64,000 bases of DNA from Candidatus Dormiibacterota bacterium (GCA_035938875.1 DASZGL010000023.1:19075-83074), one strand, 5' to 3'. Counted from the stretch's first letter, positions 22,101 to 34,105 are shown. Notes: generated by a model not told the origin, from the sequence alone. Numbers and translations are program-made.

Positions 22101-22195
22101 ACCAGCTGAAGGCGCTGCTCGGGCCCGACGTCAACCTCGTGCCGGGATCTTCGCCATCGCCGTCTCCCGCAGCGTCGCCCACACCCTCCCCGTAG
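19157..22195 (+). CDS. UPF0182 family large membrane protein
   Basis: 1012 aa. Several N-terminal TM helices, QYTHGYG, and YMRNAVKVTIDARTCETTLYAV, as in actinobacterial UPF0182. The tail is Pro/Ser-rich. Confidence 0.85.
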   Translation: MSDFGFDPADLFRRRPPGPPRRVIRSGPRLGRGRRILLIVVAVIVAVLLVAYSLMGLRVQLLFLDNLGHSNVFWTPLVTQILLFVIGLLITGGLVALNIVGWVRIAGNLDRTGPQVALWSGIALAAFAGLIGGAYFASQWQGVLLFLHGHSFGQSDPVFNQDYSFFLFNLPFYDMLQGLAWGGVIVGLLVTIGLGALCLFIEYAPEDVPIPFKPPLGRTPRDGLRLAAFQGGILLVAVFILASLGSHFGVYHLATSQHTNFVGLDATQRDVVKPILGILQYIALVFAVATAVVIVRRRRSDAVVTSITLGGLLGGWLLLAGLLQGVPAAIYSATKVNPNAQTLQIPPISDYLTTSRYAWALEQGSGGNVDVTRFGNPPGSRPSTPTVTDLTADLGTLKNTRIQDYRVLPETFAQIDRTRSYQTYPSITVDRYMGPDGTETEVMLAPREIAEADIPSQGFVNKAFQYTHGYGITAASVNRVGNEGKPDLLAGNQPMRLIAPDAPPGLMVSDPRVYCGLSTTQPVVVNTSTPEFDYLVGNSEVSNRYGNAPGGLAVPGGFDRLALSLNAFSGFDLFLTGSLQPDSRILLHREIKDRIAQLAPFLRVDGDPYLVADSQSGHLVWIADAYVVSDLFPESYRQSDGTSYMRNAVKVTIDARTCETTLYAVDVNEPLTATYNDIYPGLLTPLDKIPASLRAHLRYPEDLFQAQARVYTAAHIDPKNAIALFNGGDLYRIAQETISGQTKDTQAYYVELTLPGESQPHFVLLQTLSPAQSSGGGGASNVMTALLVARCDYTTNNHPKLVEIPLNSGDNILGPLQFDNNLNTDKDISSEITLLGQSGSQVVLGNVIVLPFNNRSFLYVRPLYVQASNGSFPQLREVLVGTQDHVAKGPSLAEALTSLFGQPIPGLGQTGPSPGVSPSPGASPSPGASPSPSPGGTTTLSPQVLNLVQDLLKHEAAAQVAFQQGNSDTYAREQAAIQKDVNQLKALLGPDVNLVPGSSPSPSPAASPTPSP
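21889..21963 (+). repeat. imperfect tandem DNA repeats encoding (S/A)PSPG units in the UPF0182 tail
   Basis: GTCGCCGTCGCCGGGGGC-type units are repeated, encoding GPSPGVSPSPGASPSPGASPSPSPGG. Confidence 0.7.
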
Positions 22196-22207
22196 GACGC
22201 GGCGCAG

Positions 22208-23149
22208 ATGAGCGCGGGCACGCTGATCGCTCCGGGGATCCGCCAGATCGACACCCTGCTGGGCGGCTGGACGGAGATGACCGCCGGCTTCATCGTCGAG
22301 GGTCCCCAGCCTGCCCTGGTCGAGACCGGCTCGCAGACCAGCGTCGCCGCGGTGAAGAACGCCCTCGCCGCCGCCGGGCTGGGACCCGACCAGCTGCGCT
22401 GGCTGGTGCTCACCCACATCCACCTCGACCACGCTGGTGGCATCGGCGACCTTGCCCAGGCGTTTCCCTCGGCGACCGTGGTGGTCCATGAGCGCGGTGC
22501 CCGCCACCTCGTCGACCCGACGCGGCTGGTCGACAGCGCCGAACGCGTCTACGGACCACTCCTCGACGGGCTCTATGGACGCATGCTCGCCGTCCCCGCG
22601 GAACGGGTGATCGCCGCGGCCGACGGGCACCGCATCGACATCGGCAACGGCCGCTGGCTGACCCTCGTCGACTCGCCGGGTCACGCGAAGCACCATCACG
22701 CCGTTTTCGACGAGCACACCGGCACCCTGCTGGTCGGCGACGCCGTGGGTGTCCGCCTGCCCGCGATGCCGGTGCTCCGGCCCGCGGTGCCGCCGCCCGA
22801 CTTCGACCTGGAGCAGGCGGTGAGCAGCCTGCACCGCTTCGCCCAGCTGCGCCCCGAGCGCGTGGTGCTCACCCACTATGGAACCGTGCCCGACCCGTTG
22901 GCGACGCTCGCCGAGGCCGAGGAGTCACTGCACCGCTGGGTCGAGGTCGCGCAGGGGGTCCTCGAGGCCTCGGCCGACGCCGGAGTCGACGACATCGCCT
23001 CAGCTCTCGCCGACACCTTTGCCGCACCGCTGACAGAGCTCGACGAGTCGGTGCGCGAGAAGGTCGAGGTGCTCAACGGCTTCCACAGCAACGCGGCCGG
23101 GATCGCCCGCTACCTGAGCCAGCGGGCGCAGGTCAAGACGGCTTCGTGA
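22208..23149 (+). CDS. MBL-fold metallo-hydrolase
   Basis: 313 aa. THIHLDHAGG (HxHxDH) and a later SPGHAKHH. Confidence 0.85.
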   Translation: MSAGTLIAPGIRQIDTLLGGWTEMTAGFIVEGPQPALVETGSQTSVAAVKNALAAAGLGPDQLRWLVLTHIHLDHAGGIGDLAQAFPSATVVVHERGARHLVDPTRLVDSAERVYGPLLDGLYGRMLAVPAERVIAAADGHRIDIGNGRWLTLVDSPGHAKHHHAVFDEHTGTLLVGDAVGVRLPAMPVLRPAVPPPDFDLEQAVSSLHRFAQLRPERVVLTHYGTVPDPLATLAEAEESLHRWVEVAQGVLEASADAGVDDIASALADTFAAPLTELDESVREKVEVLNGFHSNAAGIARYLSQRAQVKTAS

Positions 23150-24222
23150 GCGGAGCGGCTGCGCGGCGGCCCCCGCTCCTCGCCGCGGTGGTGCTCAGCG
23201 CCTGCGTCGGTCTGCTCGGCGGGGCCTCGGCCGCCTGGGCGCTGTACGAGCGGCTCGGCCCGGCCAGGGAGATCGTCTCCACGCCGGCGCAGAGTGGAAC
23301 GGCGGGGTCGGCGGGGACCTTCGGCGACGTGGCCGCCAAGGCAGCGCCGTCGATCGTCAAGATCGTCACCCAGCCGCAATCGCCGACCGACCTGGTGCAG
23401 GGCCCGCGGGGATTCGCCGTGGGCTTCGTCGCCTCGGCTGACGGGCTCGTCGTCACCAGCGCGCACGCGCTCACCGGCGCCACCCAGCTGCGCCTGGCGT
23501 TCAACGACGGGCACATCGTCGACGCATCGGTCGCCGACAGCGATCCCGGGCACGGACTGGTGGTCCTCCGCCCCGCCGACTCGAGGGGTCTCACCCCGCT
23601 CACCTTCGCCGACTTCGAGGCCCACCCGACGCGCCCCGGCGACCTGGCCATCGTGGTCGGCTCGCCGCCGCTGGCGACGGTCAGCGTGAGCACCGGGACG
23701 GTGCGATCGGTGGGACGCAACGTGGTGATGAGCACCGGGCCCACCGTGGTCGTCGACGACGTCCTCACCGTCGACGCCACCGCGGATCCCGCAGACGACG
23801 GGGCGCCGCTGCTCGACGGTGCCGGCCAGGTCATCGGCGTCGTCGTGGCCAGCCCATCGGCAGGCCCACCGGGTCTGCTCACCCTCAGCGGGCGCGCCGC
23901 GGCGGGCATGGTCAACCGGCTCAGCCACGGGGGCACCAGCCGAAGCTCCGGTTTCGGCGTCGACGCCGTCCCGATCGACGCGGCCACCGCAGCCGCGGCG
24001 GGGACGCGGCCCGGGGCGCTGATCCGCTCAGTGCTCCCCGGCGGCCCCGCCGACGCCGCGGGGCTGGTCGCCGGCGACGTCGTAATTCGCGTCCAGGGCA
24101 CGGCCGTCGACGCCGACCACCCGCTCGACCCCGTCGTGCTCGGCCTGGCGTCGGGTCAGCGCGTCACCCTGTCGGTGGTTCGCGGCAACTCCGATTTCAA
24201 CGTCGATCTGACGCTTGGGTGA
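23146..24222 (+). CDS. membrane-anchored HtrA-like trypsin-fold + PDZ protein with a non-canonical catalytic triad
   Basis: GTG overlaps the upstream stop (GTGA). Has an N-terminal TM helix, VVTSAHAL (His present), HGLVVL where DLAVL is expected, and ADDGAPL where GNSGGPL is expected. C-terminal PDZ (GALIRSVLPGGPADAAGLVAGDVV). Confidence 0.75.
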   Translation: MSGAAARRPPLLAAVVLSACVGLLGGASAAWALYERLGPAREIVSTPAQSGTAGSAGTFGDVAAKAAPSIVKIVTQPQSPTDLVQGPRGFAVGFVASADGLVVTSAHALTGATQLRLAFNDGHIVDASVADSDPGHGLVVLRPADSRGLTPLTFADFEAHPTRPGDLAIVVGSPPLATVSVSTGTVRSVGRNVVMSTGPTVVVDDVLTVDATADPADDGAPLLDGAGQVIGVVVASPSAGPPGLLTLSGRAAAGMVNRLSHGGTSRSSGFGVDAVPIDAATAAAAGTRPGALIRSVLPGGPADAAGLVAGDVVIRVQGTAVDADHPLDPVVLGLASGQRVTLSVVRGNSDFNVDLTLG

Positions 24223-24229
24223 TTCCGGC

Positions 24230-24850
24230 TCAAGCGGGGACGGCGGCGCGGGCCTCGAGGACCACGACCCTGGTGTCATCGGTCGCGCCCAGCGACCCGG
24301 TGAGGTTGAGCTTCGCCTGCGGCGTCCAGCCGTCGGCCAGCCCCATCTCCTTGACGAAGCGCTCAACGCCCTCGTAGTCGCCGGGCAGGCCGGCAACCCG
24401 ATAGCGCACCGGGACCACGATCGCCGGCTCCAACGCGTTGACCAGCTTGGTGGCGTCGGTGGCGCCCAGGGCATCGCCGCCGCCCACGGGGACGGCGAGG
24501 ACGTCGATGTGTCCCAGAGCGTCGACCTCGTCCTCGGTGAGCTGGCGCCGGAACCGCCCCAGCGCCGCGATGCGGACATCGTCGACCTCGATGCGCATGA
24601 TCGTCGACGCCTCGGCGGCGAAGCCCACGATGGTGACGCCGCGAATCTCGTATTCACCTTCGCCGCCGACCTCCTGCGGCCGCCCCGCGTGCTGTCGCAG
24701 AAGGTTCGGGTCGGTCTCTCCCTCGGTGCGTACGACGATGTCGGGGCTGACCTTGGGTCCCCGGGTTCCCACGGGCAGCGGGTCGACCAGCACCTCGGCC
24801 TCGCGGCCGCGCAGGCGCAGACAAGACAGGCCGAGATAGGTGATCTCCAT
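24230..24850 (-). CDS. beta-lactamase superfamily III / UPF0173-like hydrolase-fold protein
   Basis: 206 aa. MEITYLGLSCLRLRG..VLVDP resembles the Lactamase_B_3 N-terminus, with GLS in place of the usual GHS. Confidence 0.65.
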   Translation of the reverse strand: MEITYLGLSCLRLRGREAEVLVDPLPVGTRGPKVSPDIVVRTEGETDPNLLRQHAGRPQEVGGEGEYEIRGVTIVGFAAEASTIMRIEVDDVRIAALGRFRRQLTEDEVDALGHIDVLAVPVGGGDALGATDATKLVNALEPAIVVPVRYRVAGLPGDYEGVERFVKEMGLADGWTPQAKLNLTGSLGATDDTRVVVLEARAAVPA

Positions 24851-24939
24851 GGGGCCCGGGCATGGTACCCGGAGTGGTCGCCGGCAACGGTTGCGAACAT
24901 CGGTACGACTCCACAGCGGGGTTGCGATACCATCTGTAA

Positions 24940-26679
<1,740 letters not shown>

Positions 26680-26716
26680 CGCCGCTGCGTCACCGCTTCG
26701 CGATGATCGGTCGCCG

Positions 26717-27730
26717 ATGAGCAGCCAGCCCCGGGTCGGCGCGCAGACTCGGGCGCGAACCACGCAGCACGACCGTCATCACGGACTCGAGCTGCTGCGT
26801 GCCACCGAGGCGGCGGCGCTGTCGGTGGGGCGCTGGCTGGGGCGCGGCGACAAGGCGGGCACCCGCGAGGCGGGGATGCAGACGATGACCGAGTCCCTCG
26901 CCGCCATGCCCTTCGAGGGCCGCGTCGTCATCGGACCCGACGACCCCACCGGCACCCTGGTGGCGGGACGGCGCATCGGCGCCGGCCGCGAGAAGATCGA
27001 CCTGGCGGTGGTCCCCGTCGACGGCATCAGTCTGGTGGCCCGGGGCCTGACCCAGGCGCTGAGCATCGCCGCGGCGGCCGAGCCCGGGGGCATCCTGGCG
27101 CCGCCTCCAGTGGCCTACATGCACAAGATCGCCGTCGGACCCGCCGCCAGGGGCTCGATCGACATCAGCGACACGCCGGAGAACAACCTGCGGCGCATCG
27201 CCTTCGCCATGGACGCCCACGTGCGCGATCTCACCGTGGTGATGCTCGACCGGCCCCGGCACCAGGCGCTACTGGAACGGGTGCGTGAGATGGGCGCCAG
27301 GGTGGCGCTGATCAGCGACGGCGACATCGGCACCGCGATGATGCCCTCGATGCCGGGAAGCGGCATCGACGTCATGCTCGGCGCCGGGGGTACGCGCGAG
27401 GCCGTGCTCGCCGCCTGCGCGCTGCGCTGCCTCGGTGGTGAGCTGCAGTGCCGCCCCTGGGTGCGCCACGAGGAGGAGGCCGCCGCGGTGCGAGCTGCGG
27501 GCTTCGACCCCGACATGGCGATGAGCATGGCCAACCTCGTTCCCGGCGTGGAGGTGTCGGTGGCGGTGACCGGGATCACCGGTGGCGGGCTGCTCCGCGG
27601 CGTGCTCTACCACAACTGGTGGGCGGAGACGCACAGCCTGGTGATGCGGGCCAAGAGCGGCACCATCAGGGAGATCGCCACCAAGCATCACGTCGCGTTG
27701 CGGTCGGAGGAGGGCACCACCGTCCGCTGA
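26717..27730 (+). CDS. glpX: class II fructose-1,6-bisphosphatase (GlpX type)
   Basis: An internal ATG of ORF 26462..27730. Motifs ATEAAALSVGRWLGRGDK, DLAVVPVDG, LISDGDI and GGTREAVLAA. Confidence 0.88.
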   Translation: MSSQPRVGAQTRARTTQHDRHHGLELLRATEAAALSVGRWLGRGDKAGTREAGMQTMTESLAAMPFEGRVVIGPDDPTGTLVAGRRIGAGREKIDLAVVPVDGISLVARGLTQALSIAAAAEPGGILAPPPVAYMHKIAVGPAARGSIDISDTPENNLRRIAFAMDAHVRDLTVVMLDRPRHQALLERVREMGARVALISDGDIGTAMMPSMPGSGIDVMLGAGGTREAVLAACALRCLGGELQCRPWVRHEEEAAAVRAAGFDPDMAMSMANLVPGVEVSVAVTGITGGGLLRGVLYHNWWAETHSLVMRAKSGTIREIATKHHVALRSEEGTTVR

Positions 27731-27812
27731 CGGCGGCGATCCCAGCGGTACCACCTGCCGGCTCTGGCTGCACAATGGCGCTGTCCGCAATCTGCTGAGG
27801 AGGTGAGACGCC

Positions 27813-29036
27813 ATGTCCGCGATCGGTGTTGCGCCGTCGTCGCTTGGCCCGGCGATCAGCCGCACGCTGGAGGCGGCCACCCCGGAGCTTCGCGACGTCG
27901 CCCGGCAGATCCATGGCCTGGCCGAGATCGCGTTCCAGGAACATCGCTCCAGCGCGCTGTTGTGTGACCTGCTGGAACGCCACGGTTTCAACGTGCAGCG
28001 CGGAGCCTCGGGCATGGACACCGCGTTCATCGCCGAGCGTGGCGGTGAAGGACCCACCGTCGCCTTCGTGTGTGAGTACGACGCTCTTCGCGGTCTGGGC
28101 CATGCCTGCGGCCACAACCTGATCGGCACCGGCTCGGCGGCGGCGGGCATCGCCCTGGCAGCGGCCATGGGCGAATCGGGCATTCCCGGACGCGTTCGCG
28201 TCGTCGGCAGTCCTGCAGAGGAGGGTGGCGGCGGCAAGATCCCGCTGTGCAACGACGGCGTCTTCGACGACTGCGACGCGGCTCTGATCTTCCATCCCAC
28301 CGACCGGACCTTCGCTGTGATGTACGCACTGGCGTGCACCCACTGGCGCTTTGCCTACACGGGGCGTGCCTCCCACGCAGCGGGCGATCCCGACAAGGGC
28401 ATCAACGCGCTCGACGCCTTTGTGCACGCGTACAACGGCATCTCACTGTGGCGCCAGCAGCTCAAAGACGGGGCGCGCGTGCACGGGTTCCTCGCCGAGG
28501 GTGGGACCGCGCCGAACATCATTCCTGAGCGGACGAGTGGCGAGTTCCTCACCCGAGCCCGCGAGGGCGCGTATCTCGACGAGATGAACCAACGCTTCGT
28601 CGCGATCATGGAGGCGGCAGCGGCGGCGACGGGATGCACCCTGGAATTGCACCGCGACGAGAGCTATCTCGACCTGCGCAGCAATCCGGTGCTCGCCGAG
28701 CGCTGTTTCCAGCACCTCGCCGAGGTCGGTCTCGAGCCGAGGGACGCGATCCCCTGGGACCGCGTCGGATCGACCGACGTCGGTGACCTCTCGTACGCAG
28801 CGCCGACGCTGCACCCGGAAGTCGCCATCATCGACGAGGGCGTCTCCTGCCACACCCACGAGTTTCGCGTCGCCGCCGACTCCGAGCGCGGCTACGCGGC
28901 GCTCATCCAGGGTGCCGAGGCACTGGCGCTCACCGGTGCCGACGTCATCGCCGACGCCGCAATCCGCAACGCGGTGCGCAGTGCGTTTGCAGAGCAGCCG
29001 GGGAGACGCGAGTATTGGCAAGGGTCTCGCGCGTAG
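27813..29036 (+). CDS. M20 family metallopeptidase/amidohydrolase (AbgB-like)
   Basis: The ATG follows GAGGAGG. Motifs HACGHNLIG and SPAEEGGGGK. 407 aa. Confidence 0.82.
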   Translation: MSAIGVAPSSLGPAISRTLEAATPELRDVARQIHGLAEIAFQEHRSSALLCDLLERHGFNVQRGASGMDTAFIAERGGEGPTVAFVCEYDALRGLGHACGHNLIGTGSAAAGIALAAAMGESGIPGRVRVVGSPAEEGGGGKIPLCNDGVFDDCDAALIFHPTDRTFAVMYALACTHWRFAYTGRASHAAGDPDKGINALDAFVHAYNGISLWRQQLKDGARVHGFLAEGGTAPNIIPERTSGEFLTRAREGAYLDEMNQRFVAIMEAAAAATGCTLELHRDESYLDLRSNPVLAERCFQHLAEVGLEPRDAIPWDRVGSTDVGDLSYAAPTLHPEVAIIDEGVSCHTHEFRVAADSERGYAALIQGAEALALTGADVIADAAIRNAVRSAFAEQPGRREYWQGSRA

Positions 29037-29095
29037 CCGGGGGCCCGCGCGCGTGCGTCGCCGGCGCGGACGGCGCGCTGCGGACCGTCGACGCG

Positions 29096-30289
29096 ATGGC
29101 CACAGCGCGCACCGGGCGCCGGCTTGTGCCGCTGCGCGACTCCGATCTCATCCCGCTTCCTGCTGAGGCGACGATCGCCCATCTTCCCGGCAGGAGAGCG
29201 CTGACCCTCGACGACAGCGGTGCCGAGCAGGAGATCGACAGTGCGCTGCCGGTCGCCGCGGTGCTCCCTGTCGGCTACCTGCGCACGCTTCTGCCGGCAT
29301 CGGATCCGTCGCCTGGGGCACCGCGGCTTCCCCTCTACGGTTACACGGCGATCGCCGAGCACCGCGGCGAGCTCAGCGTGGCTGCGCTGCGCACCGACAC
29401 GTTGGGGTGGTGGAGTCCGTCACGCTTTCAGCGTCCCAGCCTCGGTGACGCTGTCGCCGCGGCCCGCCGTGCGCTGCCGGGTAACCGTGTTGTCGAGCAG
29501 CTCGCCGTGTGCGCGCTGGAGCACAACTGCTACACGGCACAGAACACGTTTCACCAGCGGTACGAAGGCGCGCTGCCGGCATCGCCGGCGTGCAACGCCG
29601 ATTGTCTCGGCTGCATCTCGCTGCAACCCGACCCGGTGCCGACACCGCAGCCGCGCATCCGTCATGCGCCGACGCCCGACGAGCTCGCCGGCCTCGCCGC
29701 CTACCATCTCCGCGGCGCGCAAGCGCGCATCGTCTCCTTCGGCCAGGGATGCGAAGGCGAGCCGCTGACCCGTCCCGACGCCCTCGAGGAGGCGACCGCC
29801 CGCATTCGCCGTGAATTTCCCGACGCAACCATCCACGTGAACACCAACGGCAGCAGTCCCGGGGCGCTCGAGCGCCTGGTGCGCGCCGGCTGCAACTCGG
29901 TGAGGGTCAGCGCCATCTCCTTCACCGACAGCGTCTTTCGCGCCTACTACCGTCCTGCCGGCTACACACTCGACGACGTCGTCGCCTGCGGCAGGGTGAT
30001 GGCCGATGCGGGTGGCCAGGTGTGCCTCAACCTGCTCACCTTCCCCGGGATCACCGACGTCGCCGACGAGCTGGAGCGCACCGTCGATGCCTGCCGGCGG
30101 ATGGGGGTGCACCAGGTGCAGTGGCGCTCGCTCAACGTCGACCACGACTGGCTCACCAAAGCCCTGGGCGAGATGCCCGCCGGGATCGGCATGGCCGCCG
30201 CGCTGAAACACGTCCGCGTCGCGCTGCCTGGGGTGCACCACGGCAACTTCACCCGCCCCGCTGCCCCGCTCAAGAGCCCCGTCGCCTGA
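29096..30289 (+). CDS. radical SAM protein with a long N-terminal extension
   Basis: CNADCLGC (CX3CX2C) at residues ~166-173 counted from ATG 29096. GQGCEGEPL and TNGS. The ORF opens at 29015 and overlaps the M20 gene, so the start is uncertain. Confidence 0.75.
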   Translation: MATARTGRRLVPLRDSDLIPLPAEATIAHLPGRRALTLDDSGAEQEIDSALPVAAVLPVGYLRTLLPASDPSPGAPRLPLYGYTAIAEHRGELSVAALRTDTLGWWSPSRFQRPSLGDAVAAARRALPGNRVVEQLAVCALEHNCYTAQNTFHQRYEGALPASPACNADCLGCISLQPDPVPTPQPRIRHAPTPDELAGLAAYHLRGAQARIVSFGQGCEGEPLTRPDALEEATARIRREFPDATIHVNTNGSSPGALERLVRAGCNSVRVSAISFTDSVFRAYYRPAGYTLDDVVACGRVMADAGGQVCLNLLTFPGITDVADELERTVDACRRMGVHQVQWRSLNVDHDWLTKALGEMPAGIGMAAALKHVRVALPGVHHGNFTRPAAPLKSPVA

Positions 30290-30395
30290 CGTCCTTCACC
30301 TCCTCGAGGCTCGTAGCAGCGAGGTCATGCGGGTTTGGCGCAACTCGGACCCGTGGTACCCTGTCGGAGCTCAGCCACCTGTTCACGGACGACAC

Positions 30396-30611
30396 ATGAA
30401 GGCCGCAATCCACCCCGAGTACCACACCGACGCCGTCGTGCGCTGCCTCTGCGGCAACGCCTTCACGACGGGCTCGACGCTGTCCGAGCTGAAGACCGAG
30501 GTCTGCTCGGTCTGTCACCCCTTCTTCACCGGCACCCAGCGCATCGTCGACACCGGTGGCCAGGTGGAGCGCTTCAGGCGTCGCGCGCAGAAGGCATCGA
30601 GCAAGGGCTGA
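30396..30611 (+). CDS. rpmE: 50S ribosomal protein L31 (Zn-binding type A)
   Basis: [24 protein letters not shown]. 71 aa. Confidence 0.93.
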   Translation: MKAAIHPEYHTDAVVRCLCGNAFTTGSTLSELKTEVCSVCHPFFTGTQRIVDTGGQVERFRRRAQKASSKG

Positions 30612-30625
30612 GCGCCCGCTCCGCG

Positions 30626-31537
30626 ATGGCCGCCCGCGCCGATCAGCCCTTCTTCTACGGTGGCCAGGCCGTCATCGAAGGCGTGCTGATGCGCGGACCG
30701 CGTCATTACGCGGTGGCGGCGCGTCGTAAGGACGGCAGCATCGCCGTCATCGAGGAACCGCTGCGTTCGCGTGTCTACACCAGCAGGATCTGGGCACTGC
30801 CGTTGTTCCGCGGCGTCGCCGGTCTCATCGAGATGCTCCACCTGGGAATGCGGGCGCTGCGCTGGTCGGCCAACGTCCAGGTCGAGGCCGAGGACATCCA
30901 GCTGAGCCCCGCGGCGATGCGCGTCACCATGGCCAGTTCGGCGGTGTTCGGTCTGGTCCTGTTCGTCGGGCTGCCCCTGCTCGCGGCCGGCGCCATCCAT
31001 CGCGGTGACCGGAGCACAGGATTCGTGGTCATCGAGGGGGTCGCCCGTGCCGTCATCCTGCTCGGGTATCTAATCGCCATCAGCCTGGTTCCCGGGGTGC
31101 GTCGCGTCTTCGAGTACCACGGCGCCGAGCACAAGACGATCAACTGCTTCGAGTCAGGCGACCCCGTCGATGTCGCTCACGTCCGCCCCGCGAGCAGATT
31201 GCATCCTCGCTGTGGCACTGGGTTCCTCGTCGTCGTCGCCCTGGTGAGCATCGTCGTGTTCGCGCCGTTCGGCGGCCTCTCGGTGCCGCTGCTGGTGCTC
31301 AGCCGGGTGCTGCTCATCCCCGTTGTCGCCGCGGTCGCCTATGAGGCGATCCGCGGTCTGGCGCGCATCCGCAGCACCGCGGTGGGACGGTTGGCGCTGA
31401 TCCCGGTGCTGGCGACGCAGCGGCTGACCACGCGCGAACCCGACGACTCGCAGATCGAGGTGGCCATCGCCGCGCTGGCGGCGGCGCGCTCCGGGGAGAC
31501 CAACGTCCCGGAGACTCCGCTCCCTCTCGCGTCGTAA
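30626..31537 (+). CDS. DUF1385 family membrane protein
   Basis: FYGGQAVIEGVLMRG and EYHGAEHKTINCFE. Occupies the conserved position between rpmE and prfA. Confidence 0.85.
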   Translation: MAARADQPFFYGGQAVIEGVLMRGPRHYAVAARRKDGSIAVIEEPLRSRVYTSRIWALPLFRGVAGLIEMLHLGMRALRWSANVQVEAEDIQLSPAAMRVTMASSAVFGLVLFVGLPLLAAGAIHRGDRSTGFVVIEGVARAVILLGYLIAISLVPGVRRVFEYHGAEHKTINCFESGDPVDVAHVRPASRLHPRCGTGFLVVVALVSIVVFAPFGGLSVPLLVLSRVLLIPVVAAVAYEAIRGLARIRSTAVGRLALIPVLATQRLTTREPDDSQIEVAIAALAAARSGETNVPETPLPLAS

Positions 31538-31552
31538 CGTCGTCCCACCGCG

Positions 31553-32629
<1,077 letters not shown>

Positions 32630-32633
32630 GGCC

Positions 32634-33509
32634 ATGACTGGCAGCATCACTTTGCTCGAGGTGGTGCGCCGGAGCACGACATTCCTCGCCGAGCGGGGCA
32701 GCGAGAGCCCCCGGCTCGACGCCGAGCTGCTCTCCGCGCACGTGCTCGGAGTGCGCCGCCTCGACGTCTATCTGCAATTCGACAGGCTGCTGCGCGACGG
32801 CGAGCTGGAGCCGATCCGCGCTCTTTTGCGCCGGCGCGCCGCCGGTGAACCGGTCGCGTACCTGTTGGGGGAGAAGGAGTTCTGTGGTCGCGCCTTCACG
32901 GTGACCCCGTCGGTGCTCATCCCCCGTCCGGAGACCGAGCTGCTCGTCGAGCGCGTGCTGCTCTGGGCGCGCGCCACCGCGCCGCCAGGCGACGCGCGCA
33001 TCATCGACGCGGGAACCGGCAGCGGTTGTGTCGCGGTGACCCTCGCCGCCGAGCTGCCGCAGGCGCGCCTGCTCGCCAGTGACGTCAGCGGCGAGGCCAC
33101 GCTCGTCGCCGAGGCCAACGCGGCGCGTCACGGGGTCGGCGACCGCTGCACGTTTAGCCGGGGCAGCTGGCTGGAGCCGTTCGACGCCGCGCCGCCGGTC
33201 GATGCGCTGGTGAGCAACCCGCCCTACGTCACCACCTCGGAGTTCGACTCGATGATGCGCGACGTCCGCGACTTCGAGCCGCGCGTCGCCCTCGACGGCG
33301 GTGACGACGGGCTCGACGCGTACCGCGCCATCGTCGCCGCCGCGCGTGCTCGGCTGCGTGGTGGCGGTCTCATCGCCCTGGAGATCGACCCTCGGCGCCG
33401 TGCCGCGGTTGAATCGCTGGTCGTCGAGAGCTGGCCGGGCTCGCGGGTCACGGTGAGCACCGATCTCTCCGGCCGCGAGCGTGTCGTCGAGGTCTGCCTG
33501 CCCCAGTGA
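32634..33509 (+). CDS. prmC: release-factor glutamine N5-methyltransferase
   Basis: An internal ATG of ORF 32097..33509. DAGTGSGCV SAM motif and the NPPY motif (VSNPPYV). Confidence 0.9.
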   Translation: MTGSITLLEVVRRSTTFLAERGSESPRLDAELLSAHVLGVRRLDVYLQFDRLLRDGELEPIRALLRRRAAGEPVAYLLGEKEFCGRAFTVTPSVLIPRPETELLVERVLLWARATAPPGDARIIDAGTGSGCVAVTLAAELPQARLLASDVSGEATLVAEANAARHGVGDRCTFSRGSWLEPFDAAPPVDALVSNPPYVTTSEFDSMMRDVRDFEPRVALDGGDDGLDAYRAIVAAARARLRGGGLIALEIDPRRRAAVESLVVESWPGSRVTVSTDLSGRERVVEVCLPQ

Positions 33510-34105
33510 GCAGCGGCGATCCGTTGCTCGAGGGCATCGTCCTCACCCTCGACGGAGGCGGCGTCATCGGCATCCCCACCGACACCGTCTACGGCATCGC
33601 CTGCCGGCCCGACGACCCCTCGGCGGTGGAGCGGATCTATGCGATCAAGCAGCGGCCAGCGACGATGGAGCTCAGCCTGCTCGGCGCCGAGGTCGCCGAT
33701 CTCGCCACCCTCGCGGTGATGAGCGCGGCGGCGTACCGGCTGGCCGCCGCATTCTGGCCGGGCCCGCTCTCGCTGATCGTCCCGGCGCGCCGCCCGTCGC
33801 GACTGGCCATCCCCCGCAGCGGAGACTCGGTCTCGATCCGCGTTCCCGACCACGATCTCCTCCGGCGCCTGCTCCGTCTCACCGGTCCACTGGCGAGCAC
33901 CAGCGCCAACCTTCATGGGCAGAGCCCTGCGGTGAGCGCCGCCGAGGCCGTGGCTGCGCTGGGCGATCGCCTCGACGCCGTGCTCGACGGTGGACCCGCC
34001 AAAGGTCGGGCCTCAACTATCATCGACCTCGTCACCACCCCCCCGCGCGTGCTGCGGACGGGACCGCTCAGCGCCGACGAGCTCCGTCCGTATCTTGGGG
34101 GCTGA
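33506..34105 (+). CDS. tsaC: L-threonylcarbamoyladenylate synthase (YrdC/Sua5 domain only)
   Basis: GTGA overlap with prmC. Motifs GIPTDTVYGIA, IKQRP and STSANLHG. 199 aa. Confidence 0.88.
   Translation: MSSGDPLLEGIVLTLDGGGVIGIPTDTVYGIACRPDDPSAVERIYAIKQRPATMELSLLGAEVADLATLAVMSAAAYRLAAAFWPGPLSLIVPARRPSRLAIPRSGDSVSIRVPDHDLLRRLLRLTGPLASTSANLHGQSPAVSAAEAVAALGDRLDAVLDGGPAKGRASTIIDLVTTPPRVLRTGPLSADELRPYLGG

Noticed and set aside
24889-24927. Direct repeat GGTTGCGA (24889-24896 and 24920-24927) upstream of pyrG as promoter -35 elements or a regulator site
   Set aside because: Neither copy has a -10-like hexamer at a workable 16-19 nt spacing. An 8-mer repeated twice in a GC-rich spacer may be chance. 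I noted it but do not call it.
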